A stretch of DNA of 64,000 bases from Malacoraja senta (GCA_038087875.1 CM076001.1:560001-624000); one strand, 5' to 3'; positions 48,186 through 61,375 are shown, numbered from the stretch's first letter. The notes: a model not told the origin generated them from the sequence alone. A program made the numbers and translations.

Positions 48186-51100
48186 AATAGTAAGATTAAA
48201 CGAGAACTTACCAGTTTGAAGTTTGATCTTGATTTTATGAGGAGTTACGATGAGCGATTACGTGAAGAAGGGACGTCAGTCCGCATGCGCTTCATTCTTC
48301 AAAGCAGCGGTGTGAAATCACAGAAAAGAGAAATGACCTGAGGATAGTAAGATTGAGAACTGGAAACTACCAGATGACCTTGATAATATCAGTGAGGGAG
48401 CGGGGGAAACGTAATCGCTCATTGTAACTCCTCATAAAATCAAGATCAAACTTCAAACTGGTACGTTCTCGTTTAATCTTACTATTTTACTTCGGAGTCA
48501 CCTGAGTGACAATGTGAAGATTTTAAAGCTCTGATTTCATGCCGTGGAAAAAACGAGTCCACACAATCACGACTGCCTCAGTTTAGTGATAATTTTTCAA
48601 AACTCCTTAGATTCTGGAGTAGTTCCTGAGGATTGAAGGGTAGCAAACGTAACCCCACTTTTTAAGAAGGGAGGGAGAGAGAAAACGGGGAATTATAGAC
48701 CAGTTAGTCTAACATCGGTAGTGGGGAAACTGCTAGAGTCAGTTATTAACCATATAACCATATAACCATAACAGCACGGAAACAGGCCATCTCGGCCCTT
48801 CAAGTCCAAAAGATGGGATATCAGCACATTTGGAAAGTGGTGAAATCATTGGACAAAGTCAGCATGGATTTACGAAAGGTAAATCGTGTCTGACGAATCT
48901 TATAGAATTTTTCGAGGATGTAACTAGTAGAGTGGATAGGGGAGAACCAGTGGATGTGTTGTATCTGGACTTTCAGAAGGATTTCGACAAGGTACCACAT
49001 AAGAGATTAGGATACAAACTTAAATCACACGGTATTGGGGGTTCAGTATTGATGTGGATAGAGAACTGGCTGGCAAACAGGAAGCAAAGAGTAGGAGTAA
49101 ACGGGTCCTTTTCACAATGGCAGGCAGTGACTAGTGGGGTACCGCAAGGCTCAGTGCTGGGACCCCAGCTATTTACAATTTATATTAATGATCTGGACGA
49201 GGGAATTGAAAGCAACATCTCCAAGTTTGCGGATGACACTAAGCTGGGGGGCAGTGTTAGCTGTGAGGAGGATGCTAGTAGACTGCAAGGTGACTTGGAT
49301 AGGCTGGGTGAGTGGGCAAATGTTTGGCAGATGCAGTATAATGTGGATAAATGTGAGGTTATCCACTTTGGTGGCAATAACAGGAAGGCAGACTATTATC
49401 TAAATGGTGGCCAATTAGGAAATGGGGAGATGCAGCGAGACCTGGGTGTCATGGTACACCAGTCATTGAAAGTAGGCATGCAGGTGCAGCAGGCAGTGAA
49501 GAAAATGAATGGTATGTTGGCCTTCATAGCAAGAGGATTTGAGTATAGGAGCAGGGAGGTTCTACTGCAGTTGTACAGGGTCTTGGTGAGACCACACCTG
49601 GAGTATTGCGTACAGTTTTGGTCTCCAAATCTGAGGAAGGACATTATAGCCATAGAGGGAGTGCAGAGAAGGTTCACCAGACTGATTCCTGGGATGTCAG
49701 GACTTTCATATGAAGAAAGACTGGATAGACTTGGCTTATACTCGCTAGAATTTAGGAGATTGAGAGGGGATCTTATAGAAACGTACAAAATTCTAATGGG
49801 GTTGGACAGGCTAGATGCAGGAAGATTGTTCCCGATGTTGGGGAAGTCCAGGACAAGGGGTCACAGCTTAAGGATAAGGGGGAAATCCTTTATGACCGAG
49901 ATGAGGAAAAACATTTTCACACAGAGAGTGGTGAATCACTGGAACTCTCTGCCACAGAGGGTAGTTGAGGCCAGTTCATTGGCTATATTTAAGAGGGAGT
50001 TAGATGTGGCCCTTGTGGCTAAGGGGATCAGGGGGTATGGAGAGAAGGCAGGTACGGGATACTGAGTTGGATGATCAGCCATGATCATATTGAATGGCGG
50101 TGCAGGCTCGAAGGGCCGAATGGCCTACTCCTGCACCTATTTTCTATGTATCTATGTATCTACCACAGGTAAGGGTAAACATTAATAATGCATTCAGACA
50201 TGACATAGTTTTAAAACATGCTGATGCTGATAAATGAACAAATAATAATAATATTAACCCCTCTCATCCGGGGGAAACTATAAAATAGAACCTAAAATTT
50301 AGTTGGCAAATACCCCTGGTCTGGCAATGGGTTAAAATAAAATGTTTGGAAAACTCGTTCCCTAGACCATCCTGCAGTCGGCAGGATGTGGTCCAGAGGA
50401 CCGTACATAACCCTTGCTGCTGATGTAGTAGCAGCCCTGGTGGAGTGAGATTTGAAAATTAGAATTTGTATCTACTCCTGTATGAGCCAGAAACCCATAT
50501 AACCACCTGGAAGTGGTTGAACTGATACCTTCTTATGAGGTTTTTAGTAACTAACTACATCGGTAGTATGAGAGCCTCTAAGGCTCTAGGTGATCTAGAC
50601 GTAATGTTGTAACGTGTGACCACACATAACCGAAGGTGCATGGGGTATGCCATGAGAACTAGTTTGAGACCTGACGCACTGGCTGCCCTGCTTAACTGAT
50701 CGTAAACACGAAATATTAAATTATTAGCAGGTATAACCATCCTGTCCAGTCGCAATTTATGTACTGACTGGACCCGTTGCGCTGAGGACAGCGCCAAAGG
50801 GATACTACCTTGTGAGAGCCGAGCCAATGATAGGGATAGCTGGAGCCCCCTGGTAAAGTCGTGTTAACACAATGTCAATATCCCATACTTCCATGTACTT
50901 GGGTCTGGGGGAACTTGATTAAAGATATCCTAATAAACTGGAATCAGAGGGCGAGACCCAACAGAGCTGGGTCCCGCTCGCTGCAGCAAATATGATGAGA
51001 AGCACGTTGGCACAGTTGATGGGACTATAACTTAATTATTGTCAAGGGCCCATTGAAAAATGAACTTTAAGACGTCAGTGTCCGTGCCGTATTTATATGT

Positions 51101-54100
51101 AACATAGCGTTTATACAGAAACGCTTCCCATCTCCTGAAGAGGAAATGTACTGCTTTGCTGGTGCTATCCCTGCACTCTGCAGTTGCACTTTCATGGACC
51201 GTTCTGACATCCCGAGCCGCAGGGGTTGCCTTCTCAGATTCTGTAAGGCAATGAATTGATTAATCATGCAGAGGATGGTTCCCCAAGTCCCAGGCTGAAC
51301 CAGCAAAGTTTATGTTTAGAAACCCCATATAGGGTTCTACTATAATTCCCAACATTGCGGGAAACCATGGCTACATAGGCCAGTCAGACAGTAGGAAAAC
51401 CCCTGAAGCGGGATCTTGCTGAATTTGTTGCAAGACCCGACTGATGAGGCAAAATGGAGCAATGACATAAAAGAACATTCCTCCGTGTAGCGAGAATGTA
51501 TCTCTCGCCACTGTCATGCCAGATTCTTGCCAGAGCCTGGATGCAAACATATCGATATTCAGTGTTCCATTGAGCCATGATGTCATAAAATACTAGTGAT
51601 CCAACATCCATTCTGTGTAGTCATTGATTATACGTGATAATACACCAACGCTAAATAAGGTTAGGTAAATATGACAGGATACTTTGGATTGATTGCATCC
51701 ATGTGACAAACAGATGCCACCACCATAGTGTATCAATGTGGATCTGAGCATGCATATCCGCACAATAACCCTTTAACCCATAGTATGCACATAGTGTCTA
51801 TAGGTAGTTGATACCAATAACTGAAGAATTGGTAATTCATGCAAATCTCATTCGCCTCCATAACTAGAGATGGCATTCGTAATTTTGCATCTTAGAGCAC
51901 TTGCATCAGTTTGTAATAACTGAAGATTTGTTGACCAACTACTGGAGCAATGCTGAATATTGTTTGTCCACCATTGTGGCTTTGGTGGCTTCAGCTGGTA
52001 AAAGCATAGATCCTTTACCAATTGCACAGCCGAAACACAGCTGCTATATTGCCAATTTACACTTGATGAATAGAAGACTGCTTGATAAGATTGTTACAGG
52101 CTTCTATTGATTCCAATCTCTTGCCCCAGGGCGGAGTCACAGATAATGAATAGTTAACGGTAATACCGAATAACCAATAACTGTAGTTGGTATCAACTTA
52201 ATTAACTGGAGGAACCTCAATTTCTTAAATATAGTTGCGGCTGAAAACAGTTGATTTTAGCAAAAACAGCGTTTAGAATATCATCCAGTTAAGCCATAAC
52301 CAGTGATTTTTGAGCACTGAGCAGTCCCAGCACCGGTTTAGTAATTTGGTAGATAACCTGGGAGCTGAAATAGCCCATAGCAATGCATAACCATTATCAT
52401 AGGTACACAAAAGTGCTGGAGAAACTCAGCGGATGCAGCAGCATCTATGGAGCGAAGGAGATAGGCAACGTTTCGGGCCAAAATCCTTCCAGCATCTGCA
52501 GTTCCTTCTTAACCATTATCATAGCCCCATCCAGAAATCCAAATGTCTCCTGGGATCCCTGTAAATGGGACCCGAATAGTATTCAACTTTGAAATAGATG
52601 CATGCCATAAAGATCCTAAAGAAACGGTTTGTTAGACAGTAACAAAGTTCCATATACTGAAGAAAAGTCAACTCTGGCCAATTTCTGAGCTAGTCTCGGA
52701 AGGCAATCCTGGCCGTAATACTGAGCCTGCCTCGAAAGACAACTCTGGCCATATTTCCGAGTTTGTTCCGGAAATAATCCTGGGCATAAAACTGAGCCTG
52801 CCTCGAAAGACAACTCTGGCCCCAATTCCAAGCCAAGCTTGGTATCCTAGCATACTGTGCAATAATGACCCAATCTCATGTTTTCTTTCATTTGTACAAA
52901 CATTTGTAAATACCAATTTGTAAATGGTCCACTACCCCATGTTTAGGAGGAACCAAACCCACTTACCTCCGTGGTTACCTGTGGTCTGTGGTAAACCCAA
53001 CAGCCCTTATGTGGGTTCTATTCCCATCCTTGATTGGAGAGTAGGAACGGTAGTGTATGAGGATTCCATATGTCTGATGGGTTTGGACCTTGGCCTGAGA
53101 AGCCTTGCCCAGCTATCAAGCTGCCACCTGTTTCAGTGAACTGCTACTGGCGTTAAGGCATGGGGTGTGTCGTCGCCGATACGATGAAGCTTTGTTCGTC
53201 GTTGGTACCTTGATCAGTCCGTCAACTTTTCCTTCCTCATCCAGGTATATCTGTTGGATAAGTCTTACCTGAAGAGATTCGGCGGCTGGTTTCATTTCCT
53301 CCAATGTCACACCTGATAGCGCTGTTCACAGCCGGCACTTGTAGCGTGAGGGGAAACTCTGGCCCCTCCTGGTGTTTCTGCCCACGGCAGTAACCCAGTC
53401 GTTTATGAGTATTTCCTTAGAGCCATATGCATGTGCTCCAGTATGTTCCACGGACATACTTTGAATTTGAAATCAGTTACACACTGACCACTCGCACTCC
53501 CCTCCACAGAGAGGGAGATTCGTAGGCAGCCCTGAAAACAGGTGCTGCCGCAGGTCCCTGAGGATACCTGTGCTGACATGGCCCCTCCATGGACCTATAT
53601 CATGATATTTTATTTTATATTTTTTATTATTATTATTATTTTTTTAAATATATATATATATTTTTCTCCGAGTCAGACAAGAGCTGACTCCAAATGCTCC
53701 CCTCCTCACAGAGGGAGACATAGTGCAGCTGCTGTTGCCATGTCCCCCCCCACCCCCAAGGGGACCCGTGGTGATAACTCCCTCCTTTGGAGTATATCAT
53801 TGTGGAGCACCTCTCCATCAGGTGCTGCATGTGGGTTTGAACGTTCAAAGACGTTACCCATGAAGGAGGGGATCCTCTCCATCAGAAATCCTCCTGGCCC
53901 GACTTGTTTGAGTCAACAGAGCCTCTTCTAATGCTCCCCTGCTCTGGGAGATATTATATCGTGGCTACCCTCCAAGTGGGTGCCTAGGTGCTACCGGCAC
54001 CAGTCTGAAGCCGCTGGCTCCATCCAGCGAATCAAAAAGCTAATTTTGACCGCCGCCGCTACCGCATTCCCGCGGTATCCGTAGCGGGTTCCCGCGGTCC

Positions 54101-54418
54101 GTTTCCGGGATTCCCCGAGGTCATGACCGGGGTTCCTTCTGGTCAGTGACTGGGGTTGGCCGCGGTCCATGAAGGTTCCCCCGCGGCTGCCGAACTTCAC
54201 CCCGAACTTCCGCAGGAAAACCCCTGAAAACAGGGAATCCTGCAAAAGAAAAACATAACCTGAAAGTAAGTTTAAAACTTACCTTGGGGTTTAAACTTAC
54301 CGCTGGCAGGAGTAGCGCCCTGCCAGTCTGACGTAGTGCAATGCGGTAGACGTAATGACGCGCATGCGGATTGACGTCCCTTCTTCACGTAGTCACTCAC
54401 GTGACTCCGAAGTAAAAT
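48186..54418 (-). mobile_element. DIRS1-like element with both termini (copy B), degenerate
   Basis: Left terminus at 54418 (ATTTTACTTCGGAGTCACGTGAG on minus), right terminus at 48186 and ICR at ~48410-48520. Decayed MTase-like (51371-51586) and recombinase (~50300-51100) remnants. Confidence 0.92.
48583..50162 (+). mobile_element. CR1 LINE, 5'-truncated, nested in DIRS copy B
   Basis: RT ORF 48830-50065 with YLDFQKDFD, GVPQGSVLGP and KFADD, plus 3'UTR and (TATGTATC) tail. A small antisense LINE tail is inserted at ~48748-48808. Confidence 0.95.
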
Positions 54419-54559
54419 CTGCCAGCCTAACCCAGCACAACAAAGTTTAATGATTAGATTTGGATAACAAAAGATGGCCTTGTTGGTGGCACCTATATTA
54501 CATTAAATATTAGTGCAATTGCATTTTGTTTTAAGTTTAAAATGAGGGAGGGTTGACCT

Positions 54560-55800
54560 GCACAGTTAGGGGCTATGGGTCAGTGGTGGAATATTACATT
54601 GGAGAAATGGGTTGCATTGGGGGAACGGGTAAGTGGTGGATTCTTACATTGGAGAATGGGTTGCGTTGGGGGACCAGGCCTCCCATGAGTGGTCGAATGC
54701 TGCGTTGGGGGAACTGGTTGCATTGGGGGACCAGGCCTTCTATGTGACAGGGACCCAACGGGTGAGTGGTGGAATCTTATGTTGCGGAACGGGTTGCGTT
54801 GGGGAACCAGGCCACCCATGGGGGCTATGGGGTAAGTGGTGGAATATTGTGTTGGGGGAAAGGGTTATGTTGGGTGAATGGGTGAGTGGTGGAAATGGGT
54901 TGCTTTGGGGAACGGGTGAGTAGTGAATTATTGCATTGGGAGAATGGGGCCCAACGGGTCCCACTTGGTCTAGTACAATTAAAACTCTGATCTTGTGCTC
55001 TTCCGGTTTTGCGTTTTTTTCTATTTGTGCAAAAACGGTACACGATAGCGCTATTGCCGGATTTCAAAATCCGCGGAGAAATCTATCTCTTCCACTTTTT
55101 TCAAATGTTCCTGTCATATCTGGTGGGGGAGGAGGGCGGTGGGGGAGGTGAGGAGGGATAGTGGAGGGATAGAGGGATAGAAGGTAGGAGAGAGAAGTTA
55201 TGGAGGGAGGGAGTGAGTGAGGGTTGGTTAAAGGAGAAGGAGGGAGAGGTGAGGAAGGGATTGGGGAGGGGAGGAGGAGAGGGAAAGATCCTGGGGAGGT
55301 GAGGAGGGAGCGTGGGGGGAATGAGGGAGAGGAGGGGATGGGAGGGAGAGGGGAGAAAGTGGGGGAGGTGAGGAGAGAGAGTGGGGAGGAGGAGGAAGAG
55401 AGGGAGAGGGAGTGGGGGAGGTAGAGGGTGGGGAATAGAGGGAAAGGTGAGGGACAGTGGGGGGGTATAGTGGAGGTGAGGAGTGGGGAGGTGGGGGAAA
55501 GAGGGATAGATGGGGGGAGAGGAGTTATGGAGGGAAGGAGGGAGTAACTGAGGGAATGGGAAATGAGAGGGAGGGAGAAGTGTGGGAGGGATTGGGGGAT
55601 TGGAGGAGGAGAGGGGAAAGAAGAGGGAGGGTGAAGAGGGGGGTGGTGCTGGGGAATGAGGAGAAATGAGCTGGGCCTGCGCAGTTGGGGGCTATGCATG
55701 AGGGGTGGAATATTGCAATGGGGGAATGGGTTGCGTTGGGGGCACGGATGAGTGGTGGAATATTGCGTTGGGGGACCCAACAGGTCTGCACATAGTTTAG
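54560..55800 (+). mobile_element. Probable non-autonomous Helitron-like sequence(s) with internal tandem repeats and a purine tract
   Basis: Hairpin GGGCCCAACGGGTCCC followed by CTAG-T at ~54947-54974, and a degenerate second copy at ~55772-55801. Repeated GAGTGGTGGAATATTGCGTTGGGG units. Confidence 0.5.
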
Positions 55801-57867
55801 TTTAGTATTAAATTTCAAGCTTCTACATTATTTTTAGTTCTTGTATGCAGTGACAAACTCAATTAACCAAAATAGGGAAAATGGCCAACTGAGAAAACAT
55901 AAATCATTGGTATTATGTGATGGAAGTAAGTTTGATTGTAATCACCGGCCAAAATCTTTGTCTAAAATCCAAACAAAATGAGGATAATAGATTTGATTTT
56001 AATGTAGTTGATTTACATCAAAACATATTGAAAGGAATGTGTGGCAGATCCTGTCAAGCCTTGCCTTGTCAAGCATGCCATTTCAAAACCTTGTGTGGTG
56101 TTTGAATAATTTTCTAAAATTGCTGGTTAAATCTTTAAAATGAATGATGGAGATTGCTTCAGCTTTCTGTTCAAACTCTTGATTTTCCTCGGGCTCAGCA
56201 ATGTACAGTATGTAGAAAATGACAGTAGACATGGTACAGCCTTGCGGCTACCAGGCAGTGAACTCCAGCCAACCTCCTAATTATGGGCTAAGATAGATCG
56301 TCAAATAAGTAAGTGCACACTTGCCCTGCTTTCTGGTATTTTAAATCCTGCCAGAGCAGATGATGGTTGGAGGTTGAATGATTTTGGAAGAAATCCAAGC
56401 TTGTTAATTTGCCCTGACAGAAACCATTTTAATGTGAATTATGACATGACACTGTGAGATATTGCCTTTCCAACACTTAACACATTAGCAGCCCTTGTAA
56501 CACAGGACCTGATAATATCTATCATGCATTCTGGTCAAAATTGTTTGTCAAACGTCAGCTATATTATAATCAAGCCTATTATCTCTATTTTGTTTATTTT
56601 TTTTGTTCCAAAATTTCAGCCTGTGATTACAGGTACACTTTGCCAATTGTTTTTAAAGTGGTATGATTCCATTTATTGAGGGGCAGGGGAAGGTTAGCCC
56701 CGGGATTAGATGTGAATGATTAATGTGTTACAAATGCTATAAATCTGCATTTTCGGTGATTGATAAAATTCTTTCTTAAACGTGCATTTTTGCTTTTGGC
56801 TCTGTGACCTCCATAATTAATCAAATAGTTATTTTACATTCAGGTTTCTCCCTTCGTCTCCTCCCTTGCAGACACTAAGTCTCACTGGAGTGTGGTAACT
56901 CTGTGACCCTTCCCCCTGCAGCACGTCCAGCTCCGCCATTATTCAAACCTGATGCTGCCACTTTAAGTACTTTCTCGTACAGGGCGGTATTGTACCGAGG
57001 CTATTTGCTCAGCACATGCTGAGCCTTAACCCCATCTCCTTCTAGCTGTGAACAATAATATTAAACTAGATGGGGGCATTACTTTTACAGTTGGAGAGGA
57101 TCATACAACATTTGCTCTTTAAAACAGACCTATTCTTAAAAAATATATATTTGGCAAAAAAATCTATCACATATGTTTGTCTTCAGGTACTCGAGTTACC
57201 ACAAAGATTGAAAGTGGGAAAATGATTTAGAGTTCCAAATCTTAGGCTTACCCTCATTATGTGCCTCAGCCAACGGCTTTCAACTCATTTACCACACATT
57301 TTGGATCCTCACCCATATAATCACAACCTATGTATTTGTTTAGAACATGTTGTGACAAGGGCCGACTGTGGCTGGCAGTACTTGGACCGAGGCCACCGCT
57401 ACAAGCTGCCTTGTTGCTGCGTTGGTGTAAAATCCGAAACAATTTCAATATTTTGAGTTTTCTCCCCATTTAGTTAATGTTCAGAACTATTGCCGTGCAC
57501 ACTGTCCACCTCCTCCTGTTTTATTATTGAAGTTATGCTTCTTTACACCAACTATTTCTCAGCTGGATTTTTGCCTCAAAATGATGCAATTCTTTGCCCA
57601 CAGCTACGTCTGGGCTGTGATGCGATAGAGCTATAACCTTCACCAAGTGTGCTACAACAGACCATTTCTCAGTGCTGACGGTGTCAAACAAGACGACGTT
57701 AATGCCTCAACATGTTTATCACAAAATGTTCCATCTTGCCTCCAACAAGGTTCACACTGTAGTGGAGGTAATATAAAGAACAAATAGGAAACTGATCTTA
57801 TCTATGTCATCTCGACTCCAGAACCAAAGTATCTCCAAATCCTGCCATCAAGCTACTGTACATAAAT

Positions 57868-60800
57868 ATTTTAATTCGGAGTCACGTGAGTGACTACGTG
57901 AAGACCCTGCCAGCACGCATGCGTGACATATCGTCTATCGCATTGCGCAAACGACAGGCTGGGGGGAGCATTGCTCCACCAGCGGTCCAACCTGAAGGTA
58001 AGTTTTAAACTTATCCTGATTGTGTTTTGCAGGAATCTCTGTAGCCTTACAGAGGTCCTGCTTTATTCCGGCGAAGTCGGTCGGGCCGCGGGAGATCCTT
58101 ATGGACCACGAGGAACCCCAGTCGCTGACCACAGGGTCGGGGAAACCCGGTCACGACCTCGGGGAAACCGCCCACGTATCGCGGGGAACCCGCTACGGAG
58201 GCCGCGATGCGGGTAGAGGGCGGCGGTTGAGTTTGCCTTTTTCGAGTCGCTGGCGGTGGAGCCAGCGGCTTCAGACTGGTGGCAACCCACTGGAGGGTAA
58301 GCCACTATTTTTTCCAGGGACCGCCACGGGGACATGGACCTCGCGGGGATTCCCTTCTACAATGACTGCAGAGGGAACCCGGCTGCGAGAACTGCGGGGA
58401 TACCAGGCTCGGTGGGAAAAACCCGACATGGATCTCGCAGGGATCCCTTCTACAAGGACTGCAGAGGGAATTCCGGCTGCGAGAACTATGGGGGAAAACC
58501 CGACATGCGCTTTGCGGGGAATCCCTTCTACAGGGACCGCAGGGAACCCGCTACGGAGACCGCAGACTGCGGGTAGCGGGCAGCGGTCGAATCCGCTTTT
58601 TCCAGATAACAAGACCTGCAGGTAAGTTCTTTACTCTGGGGTCGTATTTTGTTCCATTTCTGTGTTACAGGGAAGGAACTATGGACAAGTCGGTAACGAA
58701 GTCCAAACGGGCTGCATCCAGACTGGCTGGACCGCGGAAGTACGGGCAGTCAGCAGTGGCCGACTGCATCTGGATCGCAAGCTATGCGGTCAGCAGTCTC
58801 TGTCCAGGCACCTGTACAGTCTGAATCAACACTACAGACTGGCGGAAAGACCAAGCAGAGGACGGACAGGCCATAGACTCGGACGAGTCGGGCCATGAAG
58901 AATCACCGCCGGCAGGCAGCGACCGAAATCGCATATCCCGCATGGGCGGTTGATGGAGCAGATTCTCCAATGTGACGTGCTCCAGGACATGGAGCCTTGT
59001 CACCATGGGCCTCCTAGGACGGCCATGACAGCACCTCGTGGAGGGCTGCATAATGCATCTCCCTCGACAGAGGGGAGCATTAGGAGTCACTTCTGGGCTG
59101 ACTCTGAAGACATGGGGTTGGCTGAAGATGCCACAAGTCTACTATGCACCCACCAGCAGACACCGAAGCTGGTGAAAGCCGAAGGCCGTACGATCAGGAC
59201 AGAGGTCTTTTTTAGACCGTGGCCCAGAACGGCCTTCGTGGAAGATGTGCCAACCCCGCCAAGAGTGTGGAAGGCATGTCAGGCAGCAGCTCCTGGTTCA
59301 GGGTTGCAAATTTCCTCCCACTCAAATGAGCCAGAGTGGTAGAGGTAGCTACTGAAGTGCACATATGCCTGAAGCGACACCTGTTTCAGGGTTGCAATTC
59401 CTCCCACTCGATAAAACAGATGGTGCTAAAATACATACACATACCTAAAGGCAGCTCCTGACTCAGGTTGCATAAGTCCTACCATTCAGATGTATGAAGG
59501 ATGAAGCTGGTTGAGGCAGCTCCTGGGCGGGTTGCATAAGTTCTCCCATTTGAGTATGAAGGAGAAGCTTCTGATTATGGATACTAGTTGGTAATATTTA
59601 CACTTGGGTTTTACAGATCAGATTAGTTCATACTGCACAGCATTCATGCACCAGAGTTCTCGAAAACATGGTTGGCGTTGCCTTTTTAGGTAGAATCGCA
59701 ATTGGGCAATGAGGCCTGTTCATTGTTAACAGGTACAACTCGCTTGTGCAGTATAGACATTTCTGAATAGGGACCTTCATGACTGTTAACTACCATGGGA
59801 ACAGTTTCCATTCACAAGGCACCAGAGGTATTTCAAAATTTAGCTGGAATTGAGTTCTCATCCATCCAGTTAAATTTAAGTTAAATTTACGTTGATACCA
59901 ACTGAAATAGTCTGGGACTCCGCCCTGAGGCAAGAGATTGGAATCAATTCTAAAGTACCATTGTTACCAGACCTTTCCTATTCCCGGCTGAAACTATCAA
60001 AGTTACCATGATGGACGAATAGTATTCAGCATTGCTCCATTAAACTTTTCATCAATTATCTTCAGTTAATTACAAACTGATGCTATTGCTCAAAGATGGA
60101 AAATGACTAATATCAGCTCTAAATTACGGAGCCCGGATGGGATTTGCATGAGTTACCAAATGTTCAGTTATATGGTATCAACTGCTTACAGACAACAGGT
60201 ACATTCTGTGGATTAAGGGGTGCATGCTTAAGTCCAAGTTGATTCACTTTGGTGGAGGTATATGTTGATCACATGGGTATAATCAATCAAAGTATCCGGT
60301 GATAAATTACCTAACCTCATCTAGCACTGGTATATCATCAATTGTCAATACAGAATTGATGTTGGATCGCTAAGTGTTTAATGACATTGTGGCTCGATGA
60401 AACGCTGAAGGGGCATCAGGTCTAACTAGATTGTTCACATATCTCATGGGCCTTCGGTTGTGTGTAGTCACACATCTACACCAGAATGTAGGTCACTAGA
60501 GCATTAAAGACTCTGAACTAGCATATTGTTAGTTACATTAGCCTTGTAAGAAGGGATCACTACAGACCATCTCCAGGTGGTTATAAAGGGGCTGGCTTAT
60601 ACAGGAGTGAACACTAATATTCAAGTCTTCATTCCACCAGGGCTGCAACTACCACAGCAGCAGGGTATGGACGTTAGGGGGACCACATCCTAGCGACTGC
60701 AGGATGGTCAAAATAATGATCTTTCACATCATTTATAACAACCCATTACCAGATTGGGGGGATTTGCCAACTCTATGCTAGTTCTGTTTCATAGTTCCCT

Positions 60801-61300
60801 CTCGGTTCAGTGAGGTTACTATTATCATTGTTTGTTCATTAAAAGCATCAACATGTCTATATCTAAGTCATGTCTGAATGCATTATTAATGATCACTCAT
60901 CAGTAGTCAACTGATGCAGTGTGTGAAGCATGGACTCGTTTCCACGGCATGAAATCACAGATCTTTAAAATCTTCACGTAGTCACTCACATGACTCCGAA
61001 GTAAAATAGTAAGATTAAACGAGAACTTACCAGTTTGAAGTTTGATCTTTATTTTATGAGGAGTTACGTCGAGGGATTACGTGCCCCTCCACGCCCACCC
61101 TCTTGTAAAGGTCAACTGGTATCCTAGTTCTTCTTATCTTACTATGTTTATTTCATTACTATTACTGTGATTCCACACCGTTGCTTTGAAGAATGTCGCG
61201 CATGCGTGCTGGCGGGGTCTTCACGTAATCCCTCGACGTAACTCCTCATAAAATAAAGATCAAACTTCAAACTGGTGAGTTCTCGTTTAATCTTAATATT
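57868..61300 (+). mobile_element. DIRS1-like element, internally deleted and non-autonomous (copy C)
   Basis: Left terminus ATTTTAATTCGGAGTCACGTGAGTGACTACGTGAAGACCC, ICR at ~60970-61083 and right terminus ending TTAATCTTAATATT. Decayed recombinase remnant at ~60440-60760. Confidence 0.92.
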
Positions 61301-61375
61301 AATATGGACAAAGGTAGAAACAAAATCTTGGAGTAACTCAGCAGGATGGGTAGCATCTCTGGGAGAGAAGGAATG

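Noticed and set aside
55064..55818. 238-aa Pro/Ser-rich ORF and overlapping ORFs
   Set aside because: They are translations of a polypurine/polypyrimidine tract.
57923..59342. Cluster of 65-200 aa ORFs
   Set aside because: This is the GC-rich DIRS leader and decayed gag region, with no coherent protein.
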